Assembly: GCA_016932475.1 (NCBI GenBank)
Contig: JAFGCU010000121.1
Location: 1,474 to 65,473, forward strand
Direction: 5' to 3'
Length of the DNA: 64,000 nt
Origin: Anaerolineales bacterium
Lineage (GTDB): Bacteria > Chloroflexota > Anaerolineae > Anaerolineales > RBG-16-64-43
Position 1 is the first letter of the stretch; the number at the start of each line of letters is the position of its first letter. The notes below the pieces were generated by a model. The model was not told the DNA's origin, did no database searches, and saw only the letters and a program-made list of their open reading frames with translations. Shown piece by piece: positions 51,476-60,855 of this stretch. Both the position numbers and the translations under genes were made by a program.

Positions 51476-54400
51476 TCAATGCCGATGCCTCTTCTTCTTG
51501 CCCGACGGTGCCGGAGTCTGCGCTTCACCCGAAGGCAGGCCCGGAGCGCCGCGCGGTCCTTCCGGGGCGGGCCCGCTCGTCGCCGGGGGTGCGTTGCGCA
51601 GCGACATGCGGAACAGCCGCGAGACCACGCCGGTCCGCACCTGCTGCATCAGCTGTTGGAACAGATCAAAGGCCTTGCTTTTATATTGGACCAGCGGATC
51701 ACGCTGGGCGTAGGCCTCCAGGCTGACCGCGGTCCGCAGGCCTTCCATCTCGGTCAGGTATTCCACCCAGGATTGCCCGACCACGCCGAGCATCAGTTCC
51801 CGGTGCGCCTGGGTGATCACCCGGTCGCCCGCCATCTCGATCGCCTTGCCCCGCGCCCATTCCGGCCACTGCCGGAGCGGAACATCCAGCTCCAGGGTCT
51901 GCCAGGGGCCGGGGATGTTGGCCCGCATCGAAGCCTGAAAATCCGGCGCCAGCGATGCAAAGGTCTGTTCCCCGACGCGGACCCAGATCTGGCGCCCCCA
52001 TTCGGCTCGCATCGCATCAAGCGTCTCGAGCAGGTGCTCCTGGATGCGGTTGATGAGCCCCTCGGTGTCGCGCGCGCCCGCGCCCGCGGCCAGCTTCGCC
52101 GCCAGGTGGACCCAGGAGAATTGCGCCGCCGAGACCGCGCGACGCTGGTGAGTCCGCTGGTCGAAGACCGTTTGGGTTTTAAGAGTCACGGCCATGAGCA
52201 AGCGGACCATTGGATTTTCATCCACGGTCTCGCCGTCCGCGGCGCGGATTTGTTCCTCCACTTCCCGCAGGATCCGGACCTGCCGCTGGGCAAGCGCCTG
52301 ATCCAACTGGTTCCGCAGCCGGCCGACCGCATCGTCGAAATCCATCCCGGCCGAGGCGGCGCGCTCCGGGGCCAGGCCGGTCCGGCGCTGCAGCCAGGAA
52401 GCGGCCTGCGCGGACGCCCGCACCCAGGCGGAATCCTCGACCTGCTCCTCCAGGTGCCGGTGAAGGAGGTGCGCCTGATCCGGCGCCAGCAGCTCGCGCG
52501 GGACCGCCTTGACATCGATCGGCGTCGTCTGGGCGACCGTATCCAGGATCGTGCGCGGCGTCATATCCGTGCCCTTCTCGCGCGCCTCCAGCTCCGCCCC
52601 CTCCCACGCCATGTCCAGCGCCTCGCGGTTTTCCCGCGCCCAGGTCTTGGCGCGCTCCGAGATCGCATCCATCTGCTTGCCGAATCCGTCACGCAGATGC
52701 TCGGCTTCCTCGTCGAGCGCCTCTCCGATCAGCTCCTGGAGCCGCCGCAGCCGGTCCTTCGGAGCCGCTTCCATGAGCGCTTCCAGGATCAGCCGCACCG
52801 GGAAGGATGGATGCGCTCCGCCGTCCGAAAAGCGCATGGTCGGCTGGATCTCGTCCAGCCAGGCCATCAGCTTCCACGGGTCTTCCTTTTCCTTCTCGGC
52901 TGTTTTTACATGCCGGCGGATGTCCTCCTCGAGCATAGTCCGGATGTCTTCGCGCAAATTTTCCTTCTCGAAGATCCGTTCGCGCATTTCGTACACTTTC
53001 GCGCGCTGCTTGTTGAGCACGTCGTCGTACTCAAGCAGATGTTTGCGGACGTCGAAGTTCGCGCCTTCCACTCTGGATTGGGCCTGCTCGATCATCCGGC
53101 TCACGAGGCCGGATTCCATCGGCACGGCGTCGTCGATCCGCATGGTCTGCATCATCCCCGCCACCTGGTCTCCGCCGAACCGGCGCATCAGGTCGTCTTC
53201 CATCGAGAGGAAGAAGCGCGAGGAACCCGGGTCCCCCTGGCGGCCGGCGCGGCCGCGCAGCTGGTTGTCGATCCGCCGCGCCTCGTGGCGTTCCGACCCG
53301 AGCACGTGCAGCCCGCCGAGCTCGCGCACCTTCTGCTCCTCGCGCATGTGCTTGCGGAAGAACTCCACCTCCGAGGTGTAGATGCCGATGTGTTCGGGGG
53401 TTGCTTCTTCGAGCAGGCGCAGCCGCTCGGCGTTGATCAGGTTGTAGGGATCCTTCACCCCGCCGCGCCGCAGGATGCGGTTGATCGCGGCCAGCACTTC
53501 CTCGGCCAGTTCTCCGCCGAGTTTGATGTCCACGCCGCGGCCGGCCATGTTGGTGGCGATCGTCACCGCCCCGAATGCGCCCGCCCCGGCGATGATCTGG
53601 CTCTCCTCGGCGTGCTTCTTGGCGTTGAGGACCTGATGGGGTATCCCCTTCTGCAGAACCTGCAGCAGGCGCGGGCGGCTCTCCGCCGGCAGGTTGAATA
53701 ATTCCAGCAGCCGGTCGACGTTCGCGGGCTCCTCCGGATTGAGCGGAAGGGAAAGCGGTTTGGCAAGAGCCCGCAGCGCGGCCGGTGGAAGCGATCCCAG
53801 CGATTCGCTCAGCGGCGTCAATTCCTCCACCTGGCGCCCGTCTTCCTCGCGTTTGTGCGCCGTGAACCACGCATCGCGGATCAGCAGGGTCAGGACCAGC
53901 TTGCGCAGCGGTTCGGCCCGCAGCCGTTCGGATAAGATCTCCGAGCGCTCGACCGACGTGGTGCCCATCAGAATCGGGCGCCCCAGCACGTGCATTTGGA
54001 GAATCTCGGCGCTCACCGAGCGGAACTTGGATTCCTCGGTCCGGTAAATGGTGTCTTTGTGATCCTTCCGGCGCCAGAACACCGGCGCCTGCGGATCGGC
54101 CTTGCGGGCGAAATACGTGAACTTGGTGCTGTCTGCCTTGTACGCCACTTCGATCAGGTCGGTATCCTTCCGTCCGGCCAAGTATTCCAGGTTGGTCGGG
54201 ATCGGCGTCACGGCCAGTTTGTAGATCTTGTCGAATTCCTCGGCTTCGGTGATCGCCGTACCGGTCATGCCGGAAAGCTTTGCGTACAGGCGGAAATAAT
54301 TCTGGAGGGTGATGGTGGCGTAGGTGACGTTCTCGGGCTGCACCTCCAGCCCTTCCTTGGCCTCCACCGCCTGATGCAATCCGTCGGACCAGCGCCGGCC

Positions 54401-55474
54401 GTGCATCAGCCGGCCGGTGAACTCGTCGACAATCACCACCTGCCCGCCCTGGACGAGGTAATCCCGGTTGCGGCGGAAGAGCAGTTCCGCGCGCAGCGCC
54501 TGGGAGAGGTACCCCGCCAGGCGCGCCTGCTCGGGCGTCACGTCCTCCGGCCGGTCCGGGTCGCGCAGCGTTTCGCCGAGGATCTCCTCGATGTGGCTCT
54601 CGCCCGCCTCGTTCAGGTTAACCGTTCGGTCGCGCTCGCTGATTTCATAATCCTCCGGGCGCAGCTGGCGCACGGCCGCGGACATGCGTTTATATTCCTG
54701 CTGTTCGCCGGAAGCCGGGCCCGAAATAATCAAGGGAGTCCGCGCCTCATCGATCAGGATGTTGTCGACCTCGTCGACGATCGCGAAGTTGCGGATGCTC
54801 TGGACCCGTTCCTCGCGCCGCATGGCCAGGTTGTCGCGCAGGTAGTCGAAGCCGAATTCGTGGTTGGTGCCGTAGGTGATGTCGGCCGCGTAGGCCTGCC
54901 GGCGGTCCACCAGCCGCATCCGGTCGGCATCCTCCTGGTTGGATTCCCGCTCCGGGTCGTAGAGGAATGCCTTGCGCGCGTTGTCGGTCCGCGACGCCTC
55001 CTGCAGCACCCCGACCGTCATCCCGAGCGCGCCGTAGACCGGGCCCATCCAGCGCGCGTCGCGCCGGGCCAGGTAATCGTTTACCGTGATCAGGTGCGCG
55101 CCTTCCCCGGAAAGCGCGTTGAGGTACAGCGGCAGCGTCGCAACCAGGGTCTTGCCTTCGCCGGTGCGCATCTCCGCCACGCTTCCGAGATGCAGCACCA
55201 TCCCGCCGATCATTTGTACGTCGTAGTGGCGCAGGCCGATCGTCCGGCGCGAGGCTTCGCGCACGGCGGCGAACGCCTCGGTCAGGAGGTCGTCGAGCGT
55301 CTCGCCGTCCTCCAAGCGCTTGCGGAATTCCGCGGTTTTCGCCTTGAGCGCCTCGTCCGAGAGCGCCTGGTATTCCGATTCCAGATCGTTGATCTCGTCG
55401 ACCAGTTTGGTGTAGTGTTCGACATCTCTGCGGTTGGGATCGCCGCCGACGAGCCGGATGAGTGAATTCAGCAT
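51476..55474 (-). CDS. secA: Preprotein translocase ATPase SecA, unusually long (1332 aa)
   Basis: I start at MLNSLIRLVGGDP (ATG 55474). Motifs MRTGEGKTL, IVDEVDNILIDEARTPLIIS, TIATNMAGRGVDIKLGG, GLHVLGSERHEARRIDNQLRGRAGRQGDPG and LEAYAQRDPLVQYK. The track extension to 55633 reads through a palindromic element. Confidence 0.95.
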   Translation of the reverse strand: MLNSLIRLVGGDPNRRDVEHYTKLVDEINDLESEYQALSDEALKAKTAEFRKRLEDGETLDDLLTEAFAAVREASRRTIGLRHYDVQMIGGMVLHLGSVAEMRTGEGKTLVATLPLYLNALSGEGAHLITVNDYLARRDARWMGPVYGALGMTVGVLQEASRTDNARKAFLYDPERESNQEDADRMRLVDRRQAYAADITYGTNHEFGFDYLRDNLAMRREERVQSIRNFAIVDEVDNILIDEARTPLIISGPASGEQQEYKRMSAAVRQLRPEDYEISERDRTVNLNEAGESHIEEILGETLRDPDRPEDVTPEQARLAGYLSQALRAELLFRRNRDYLVQGGQVVIVDEFTGRLMHGRRWSDGLHQAVEAKEGLEVQPENVTYATITLQNYFRLYAKLSGMTGTAITEAEEFDKIYKLAVTPIPTNLEYLAGRKDTDLIEVAYKADSTKFTYFARKADPQAPVFWRRKDHKDTIYRTEESKFRSVSAEILQMHVLGRPILMGTTSVERSEILSERLRAEPLRKLVLTLLIRDAWFTAHKREEDGRQVEELTPLSESLGSLPPAALRALAKPLSLPLNPEEPANVDRLLELFNLPAESRPRLLQVLQKGIPHQVLNAKKHAEESQIIAGAGAFGAVTIATNMAGRGVDIKLGGELAEEVLAAINRILRRGGVKDPYNLINAERLRLLEEATPEHIGIYTSEVEFFRKHMREEQKVRELGGLHVLGSERHEARRIDNQLRGRAGRQGDPGSSRFFLSMEDDLMRRFGGDQVAGMMQTMRIDDAVPMESGLVSRMIEQAQSRVEGANFDVRKHLLEYDDVLNKQRAKVYEMRERIFEKENLREDIRTMLEEDIRRHVKTAEKEKEDPWKLMAWLDEIQPTMRFSDGGAHPSFPVRLILEALMEAAPKDRLRRLQELIGEALDEEAEHLRDGFGKQMDAISERAKTWARENREALDMAWEGAELEAREKGTDMTPRTILDTVAQTTPIDVKAVPRELLAPDQAHLLHRHLEEQVEDSAWVRASAQAASWLQRRTGLAPERAASAGMDFDDAVGRLRNQLDQALAQRQVRILREVEEQIRAADGETVDENPMVRLLMAVTLKTQTVFDQRTHQRRAVSAAQFSWVHLAAKLAAGAGARDTEGLINRIQEHLLETLDAMRAEWGRQIWVRVGEQTFASLAPDFQASMRANIPGPWQTLELDVPLRQWPEWARGKAIEMAGDRVITQAHRELMLGVVGQSWVEYLTEMEGLRTAVSLEAYAQRDPLVQYKSKAFDLFQQLMQQVRTGVVSRLFRMSLRNAPPATSGPAPEGPRGAPGLPSGEAQTPAPSGKKKRHRH

Positions 55475-55554
55475 AGGGAAGTAATTTCCTTTAATAATGT
55501 CATTTCGAAGAAGCCGAGGGCTGCGAAGATCCGGGATGATCTCCTGATTTGAAC

Positions 55555-55664
55555 CATCCCATCCCACCTCTCCCTCGTTCCCCCTCCTCCCTTCCCGTGA
55601 TACGGGAAGGGAGGAGGGGGATGTCCCGAGCACCGCGAGGGACAGGGGGAGGTGGGATGGGATG
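55555..55664. repeat. 110-bp nested palindromic element (related architecture)
   Basis: Outer arms CATCCCATCCCACCTC (55555-55570) and GAGGTGGGATGGGATG (55649-55664). Inner hairpin CCCCTCCTCCCTTCCCG-TGATA-CGGGAAGGGAGGAGGGG (55581-55620). It lies between the prs stop and the secA start. A short relative, CCCCTCCCC-ATTAT-GGGGAGGGG, sits at 57225-57247. Confidence 0.75.
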
Positions 55665-55675
55665 TTCTGCCTTTC

Positions 55676-56641
55676 TTATTCGTGAAACAGCTCGCCCACC
55701 GAGCGGCCCTCATGCGTGCGGCGGATCACTTCGCCCAGGAGCGGTGCGACCGAAAGGGTGACCAGGCGGCTTCCGAGAAGCGCCTTCTTCTCCTCCGGGA
55801 TCGGCACCGTGTCGGTGGTGACGAATTCGCGCACCGGCAGGCCGGCCAGCCGCTCGGTCGCCGATCCGGAGAAGACCGGGTGCACGAAGGAAACGTATAC
55901 GTCGCGCGCCCCGTACTCCTTGACCGTGTTCACCGCCTGCAGGATCGTCCCCCCGGTGTCGATCTCGTCGTCCACGATCACCACGTCGTGATTGTCCACG
56001 TCGCCCACCACCGTCAGGGCTTCGGTGATGGATTTGTTGCCCTTGCGGCGCTTCTCGATGAAGGCCATCGAGCACCCCAGGGAGGCGGCGAAGTTGCGGC
56101 CCTTCTTGGCGAACCCCAGGTCTGCGGTGACGATCACCGGATCGTGCATTTTCTTCTTCTTCTTGGCGAAGTACCCGCTGAGGATCCGGAACGCGGTCAG
56201 CACATCGCCGCGCACGGAGAAGAACCCCTGGATCTGCCCGGCATGGAGGTCGAGGAAAATATAGCGGTCGGCGCCGGCGGCCTCGATCAGGTCGGCGATG
56301 AGGCGCGCGGTGATCGCCACCCGCGGCTGATCCTTCTTGTCCGAGCGCGCGTAGCACAGGTACGGCACCACCGCCGTCACCCGGTCCGCCGAATCCTGCT
56401 TGAGCGTGCGCAGCGTGATCAGCAGTTCCATCAGGTTTCGGCTGACCGGCGTCGAGGTGGTCTGGATGATGTAGACGTCCTGCCCGCGTACGCTCGAATG
56501 CAGCCGGACGAAGATGTTCTCGTTCGGAAAATCGATCACATCGTGGCCGCTGAGGGGTATGCGGATGTACTTCGAAATGGCCTGCGCCAAATTCACCGAG
56601 CCGCGCCCGGCGAACAGTTTGATCCCGCCGTAAACCGCCAT
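55676..56641 (-). CDS. prs: Ribose-phosphate pyrophosphokinase
   Basis: I start at MAVYGGIKLFAGRGS. Motifs FLDLHAGQIQGFF and the PRPP loop VVIVDDEIDTGGT. AAGGAG SD lies inside the end of the upstream GNAT gene. Confidence 0.93.
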   Translation of the reverse strand: MAVYGGIKLFAGRGSVNLAQAISKYIRIPLSGHDVIDFPNENIFVRLHSSVRGQDVYIIQTTSTPVSRNLMELLITLRTLKQDSADRVTAVVPYLCYARSDKKDQPRVAITARLIADLIEAAGADRYIFLDLHAGQIQGFFSVRGDVLTAFRILSGYFAKKKKKMHDPVIVTADLGFAKKGRNFAASLGCSMAFIEKRRKGNKSITEALTVVGDVDNHDVVIVDDEIDTGGTILQAVNTVKEYGARDVYVSFVHPVFSGSATERLAGLPVREFVTTDTVPIPEEKKALLGSRLVTLSVAPLLGEVIRRTHEGRSVGELFHE

Positions 56642-56648
56642 AGTCTTC

Positions 56649-57209
56649 TTACTCCTTGGAGGCGCCATACCGGGCTTCCCACTCGCGGCGCAAAATGGAA
56701 TAGAGGTGCATTTCCCAGTACCGGCCCTGGTAGAAATGCGCCTCCCGCATCGAACCTTCCCGGACGAACCCGACCTTCTCGTACAGATGGATCGCGCGCG
56801 CGTTGTACTCCATCACCCGCAGCTGCACGCGGTTGAGGTTGAGCGTCTCAAACCCGTAGCGCAGCAGCGTCAGGAGCGTATCCCGGCCGTGGCCCTTGTT
56901 CCAGTGTTGGCGCGGCCCGATGAACAGGCCGCACTCGGCCAGCCGGTTGCGCTTGTCCACCACATGAAACCCCGCGCCGCCGACATGCTCCCACTTGCCG
57001 CGCCCGGCGCGCAGATCGACCGCCAGTGCCTGCTGCTCCAGCGGCTGTTTCAGGTTCTCCTCGTACCAGCGCTCCTCGTGAACCAAGCTCATCGGCATCT
57101 GGGTCGAGAGGTTCTCGCTGACCGCGGCGTCCGCGAACCAGGCGGTATACCGCGGCAGGTCTTCCCGCTCGATCGCGCGCAGGCGGATTTTCTCACCGTA
57201 GTAATCCAT
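56649..57209 (-). CDS. GNAT-family N-acetyltransferase (RimJ/RimL-like)
   Basis: I start at MDYYGEKIRLRAIEREDLP. Motif LNRVQLRVMEYNARAIHLYEKVGFVREG. The track extension to 57578 is Arg/Gly junk. Confidence 0.85.
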   Translation of the reverse strand: MDYYGEKIRLRAIEREDLPRYTAWFADAAVSENLSTQMPMSLVHEERWYEENLKQPLEQQALAVDLRAGRGKWEHVGGAGFHVVDKRNRLAECGLFIGPRQHWNKGHGRDTLLTLLRYGFETLNLNRVQLRVMEYNARAIHLYEKVGFVREGSMREAHFYQGRYWEMHLYSILRREWEARYGASKE

Positions 57210-57262
57210 CGCAAATCCATCCCACCCCTCCCCATTATGGGGAGGGGTTTGGGGGAGAGGTC

Positions 57263-58204
57263 TTATTTTAGCAACTCCTCCACCGCTTCCTCCGGCGAGC
57301 ACTCGCGCGCGGCGACTTTCCGCGCCATTTCCGCCAGATCCATCCGTCCGCTTTGCCGCCAGCGTTCGAACAGCCGCTCGCGCAGCCTCTCCCGCAAATC
57401 CGCTTCCGCCCGCTCGCGTTCGCGCCGCCGGCCCTCCCCGCTCTCTCGCAGATACGCGCGGTGGCGATGGATGGCTTCGGCGAGCGCATCCACGCCCTCG
57501 CCGGTTGCGGCGGTTGTCTTCATCACCGGCGTTTTCCAGCCGTCGCCTTCCCCCCCGCCCAATCCGAGCATCGCGCACAGGGATTCGAACGTCGTATCCG
57601 CGCCGGGCATGTCCGCCTTGTTGACCACCAGGATGTCGGCTATCTCGAGGATCCCGGCCTTCAGCGCCTGGATGTCATCGCCCGTTCCCGGGCTTTCGAC
57701 CACAATCACGGTGGGAGTCTGGCGGGCGATGTCGACCTCATCCTGCCCCACCCCGACCGTCTCGATCAGAATGGTTTCGAACCCCGCCGCGTCCAGCGCG
57801 CGCACCGCGGAATCCGTGGCATGCGAAAGCCCGCCCAGCCGCCCGCGTGATGCCATCGATCGGATGAACACGCCCTCATCCCCCGCCAGGTCCCGCATCC
57901 GGATCCGGTCGCCGAGGATCGCGCCTCCGGAAAACGGGCTGGTCGGGTCGACCGCAAGGATCCCGACGGTGCGCGGGGGGTGCCCGGCGGTGCCGCGGCG
58001 GAACGCGCCCGCCAGCGCCGCGACCAGCGTGGATTTGCCGGTCCCGGGCGCGCCGGTAATCCCCACCACCATCGCGCGCCCCGTCCGCTCATGCAAGGCA
58101 CCGAGGATCGCCGGCGCTTCGGGATCATGCTTTTCGATCCGGCTGATCAGAGTGGCCAGGGCGCGGCGGTCGCCTGCCGCAATGCGTTCGGTCAGGGTCG
58201 GCAT
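57263..58204 (-). CDS. meaB: Methylmalonyl-CoA mutase-associated GTPase (MeaB/ArgK)
   Basis: I start at MPTLTERIAAGDRRALA. P-loop GITGAPGTGKST, then ETVGVGQ and VVNKAD. Confidence 0.9.
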   Translation of the reverse strand: MPTLTERIAAGDRRALATLISRIEKHDPEAPAILGALHERTGRAMVVGITGAPGTGKSTLVAALAGAFRRGTAGHPPRTVGILAVDPTSPFSGGAILGDRIRMRDLAGDEGVFIRSMASRGRLGGLSHATDSAVRALDAAGFETILIETVGVGQDEVDIARQTPTVIVVESPGTGDDIQALKAGILEIADILVVNKADMPGADTTFESLCAMLGLGGGEGDGWKTPVMKTTAATGEGVDALAEAIHRHRAYLRESGEGRRRERERAEADLRERLRERLFERWRQSGRMDLAEMARKVAARECSPEEAVEELLK

Positions 58205-58214
58205 CCGTAATGGG

Positions 58215-58625
58215 TTACCCGGGCTGCGGCGTTCCCTGCGCATCGCGAATCGCCTTCACTACATCCGCGGTCGGAGTCCCCGGGCCGTATACGCCGGCGA
58301 CGCCCGACGCTTTCAGGTCGGGGATGTCGGAATCGGGGATGATCCCGCCGACGAAGACCTTCACGCGCTCGAGTCCCTTCTCCCGCAGCAACCGCATCAC
58401 GCGCGGGATAAGGGTCCCGTGCGCCCCGGAGAGGATCGAAAGCCCGATCACGTCGACGTCTTCCTGCAACGCGGCATCCGCGATCATTTCCGGCGTCTGG
58501 CGCAGGCCGGTGTAAATAACCTCCATCCCGGCATCCCGCAGCGCGCGGGCGACGACCTTGGCGCCGCGGTCGTGCCCGTCCAAACCGGGTTTGGCAATCA
58601 GGACTCGGATCATGGTCGCGGTCAT
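58215..58625 (-). CDS. Methylmalonyl-CoA mutase small subunit (cobalamin-binding domain)
   Basis: 136 aa. [34 protein letters not shown] contains the DxHxxG B12-binding motif. No catalytic large subunit is adjacent. Confidence 0.88.
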   Translation of the reverse strand: MTATMIRVLIAKPGLDGHDRGAKVVARALRDAGMEVIYTGLRQTPEMIADAALQEDVDVIGLSILSGAHGTLIPRVMRLLREKGLERVKVFVGGIIPDSDIPDLKASGVAGVYGPGTPTADVVKAIRDAQGTPQPG

Positions 58626-58982
58626 GGGGCGAATATTGGGCTCCTCCCGCCCGTATCCCTTCCGGCTTTTGCTCCCCGAATCGCATTTTCCGGCCGGCGC
58701 AGGGGCACACAGGATTATACTCCCCCTTTTTTCGGTATTCCTTCCTTGACTTTCCGGCCCCCGCTTTTTAGAATCCCGTTAGGCTTCACGCATGTGCCGG
58801 GGAAAGAGACATCTTACGGCATCCGGGCGGCGCGGGGTCCCTTCCCTGCGCAACGGACTCCCGGAGCGGGAACTCCGCATCTTCTTCCTTGGAAGAATTC
58901 CCCGCCGTTCTTCACACTGCGGATCGCGAACAGTGCGCGCAACCGCCGGTCCGCGCGTCGGCCATCTCTTGGAGGTTTCGGC

Positions 58983-59372
58983 ATGAATATCCCGAAGGAA
59001 CTGAAGTACACCAAAAGCGACGAATGGATCCGGGTGGAGGGAACCCAGGGCACCATGGGCATCAGCGACTACGCCCAAGGACAGCTTTCCGACATCGTCT
59101 ATGTGGAAGTGCTCGCAAAAAAAGGCGATACGCTGGCGCAGGGCAAACCGATCGCCTCGGTGGAATCGGTCAAGGCGGCGTCGGAAGTTTACATCCCCGC
59201 CGGCGGAACCATCACCGATGTCAACGCGGCGCTCGCGACCGCGCCCGAGTCGATCAACAAGGATCCGTACGGCGAGGGCTGGATGGTGAAGTTCACGCTC
59301 GCCAATCCCGCCGAGCTGGATTCGCTTATGGATTCGAAGACGTACGAAGCCTATTGCGCCGGACGCCAGTAG
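58983..59372 (+). CDS. gcvH: Glycine cleavage system protein H
   Basis: 129 aa at the C-terminal end of the spurious 888-aa track ORF. YTKSDEWIRVEG, lipoyl-lysine motif ASVESVKAAS, and GGAGG SD. Confidence 0.93.
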   Translation: MNIPKELKYTKSDEWIRVEGTQGTMGISDYAQGQLSDIVYVEVLAKKGDTLAQGKPIASVESVKAASEVYIPAGGTITDVNAALATAPESINKDPYGEGWMVKFTLANPAELDSLMDSKTYEAYCAGRQ

Positions 59373-59480
59373 GGGCGGACGGCCGTCCGCCCCTGCCCAA
59401 CCGCATCCCGCGCCCCGCATCCTGCGCCCTCCGGCGGTGACTTCCGCAGCCCGGCGCCGCGCCGTTCCCTGAGAGGCCGC

Positions 59481-60845
59481 ATGCCATTTCTTCCGCACAC
59501 CGAATCGGAACGCTCGGAGATGCTTCGCGCCATCGGCGTGAAGAAGGCCGAGGATCTGTTTGCCGCGATCCCCAAAAGCGTCCGCTTCCCCGGGTTGCAG
59601 CTCCCGCCCGCCGTCTCCGAACCCGAGGTTATGGCGGAAATGCGCTATCTGGCGGAGGCCAACCATCACGCCCAGAATGCGGCCTGCTTCCTCGGCGCGG
59701 GCGCCTACCACCACTACATTCCGGCCGCGATCAACCACCTGCTGATGCGGGGCGAGTTTTATACCGCCTACACGCCCTATCAGCCGGAAGTATCCCAGGG
59801 GACCCTGCAATCCATCTTTGAATTTCAAACGCTGATCGCCGCGCTGACCGGCATGGAAGTCGCCAACGCGTCGCACTACGACGGCGCGACCGCCGCGGCC
59901 GAGGCGGTGATCCTCGCGCTCAATCAAAACCGCGGCCGGCGCCGGGTGGTGATGTCTCCGGTGCTGCATCCGCAGTACCGGCAGACCATCCGCACTTATC
60001 TTCAGGGCGCGGGAGCGCACTTCGCCGGCGATGAGACCCCCGAAACCTACTCGGCCTTCCAGACCCGCAGCCGGGCGAAGCACCTGGCCACCTGCGTCGA
60101 TGAATCCACCGCGGTGGTGGTCGTGTCGTATCCGTCCTTCGTCGGCGAGGTCGAGGACCTTACCTCGCTGGCGGAAATCGTTCACACCGCCGGCGCGCTC
60201 CTGGCCGTGGCCGTGAACCCGATCATGCTCGGGCTGCTCAAACCGCCGGGCGCAATGGGCGCCGATATCGTCTTCGGCGAGGGGCAGCCGCTGGGGATAC
60301 CGCTCTCCTACGGCGGCCCGTATCTGGGATTCTTTGCGACCCGCCAGGCTTACCTGCACAAGATGTCCGGCCGCATCGCGGGCGAAACGGTCGACGGGCA
60401 GGGACGCCGCGGGTACACCCTCACCCTGGCCGCGCGCGAGCAGCACATCAAACGCGAACGCGCCTCCTCCAATATCTGCACCAACCAGGGATTGATGGCG
60501 CTGGCCGCCACCATCTACCTGAGCCTGATGGGCCGGCGCGGCCTGCGCCAGGTGGCCGAACTGTGTTATCACCGCTGCGGATACGCCGCCGAACGGCTGG
60601 CCCGCACCCCCGGTTTCCAGGTCGTCTCACGCTTTCCATTCTTCAACGAATTCATTCTGCGCTGCCCGAAATCCGTCGCGGAGATCAACCGCGACCTGCT
60701 GGACCGCTGGGAGATCATCGGCGGATACGACCTCGGGCAGGATTACCCCTGCCTGGCCAACCACATGTTGCTGGCATTCACCGAGATGACTCCCCGCGGA
60801 CAAATCGACAGTCTGGCGGAAGCGCTGGCCGGGGAATCCCTGTGA
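59481..60845 (+). CDS. gcvPA: Glycine dehydrogenase (decarboxylating) subunit 1
   Basis: MPFLPHTESERSEMLRAIGV..., AGAYHHYIPAAINHL and YTPYQPEVSQGTLQ. Confidence 0.93.
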   Translation: MPFLPHTESERSEMLRAIGVKKAEDLFAAIPKSVRFPGLQLPPAVSEPEVMAEMRYLAEANHHAQNAACFLGAGAYHHYIPAAINHLLMRGEFYTAYTPYQPEVSQGTLQSIFEFQTLIAALTGMEVANASHYDGATAAAEAVILALNQNRGRRRVVMSPVLHPQYRQTIRTYLQGAGAHFAGDETPETYSAFQTRSRAKHLATCVDESTAVVVVSYPSFVGEVEDLTSLAEIVHTAGALLAVAVNPIMLGLLKPPGAMGADIVFGEGQPLGIPLSYGGPYLGFFATRQAYLHKMSGRIAGETVDGQGRRGYTLTLAAREQHIKRERASSNICTNQGLMALAATIYLSLMGRRGLRQVAELCYHRCGYAAERLARTPGFQVVSRFPFFNEFILRCPKSVAEINRDLLDRWEIIGGYDLGQDYPCLANHMLLAFTEMTPRGQIDSLAEALAGESL

Positions 60846-60855
60846 GGACACGCTC

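Noticed and set aside
55475-55633. 53-codon N-terminal extension of SecA in the ORF track.
   Set aside because: The extension reads through the palindromic element at 55555-55664. Canonical SecA begins MLNSLIRLVGG at ATG 55474.
56706-58982. N-terminal ~760 aa of the 888-aa plus-strand ORF 56706-59372.
   Set aside because: Only the last 129 codons (58983-59372) are real: they encode GcvH and have their own SD and ATG. The remainder is antisense to the GNAT, MeaB and B12-subunit genes.
58626-58982. Looked for a glycine riboswitch upstream of gcvH and a cobalamin riboswitch upstream of the B12-binding subunit.
   Set aside because: I cannot find the conserved glycine-aptamer cores (GGAGAG...CACCGAAGGGGCAA...CUCAGGCAAAAGGAC) or a B12 box. 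Only vague purine-rich similarity, such as CUCCCGGAGCGGGAAC, is present. cmscan with RF00504 and RF00174 would settle it.
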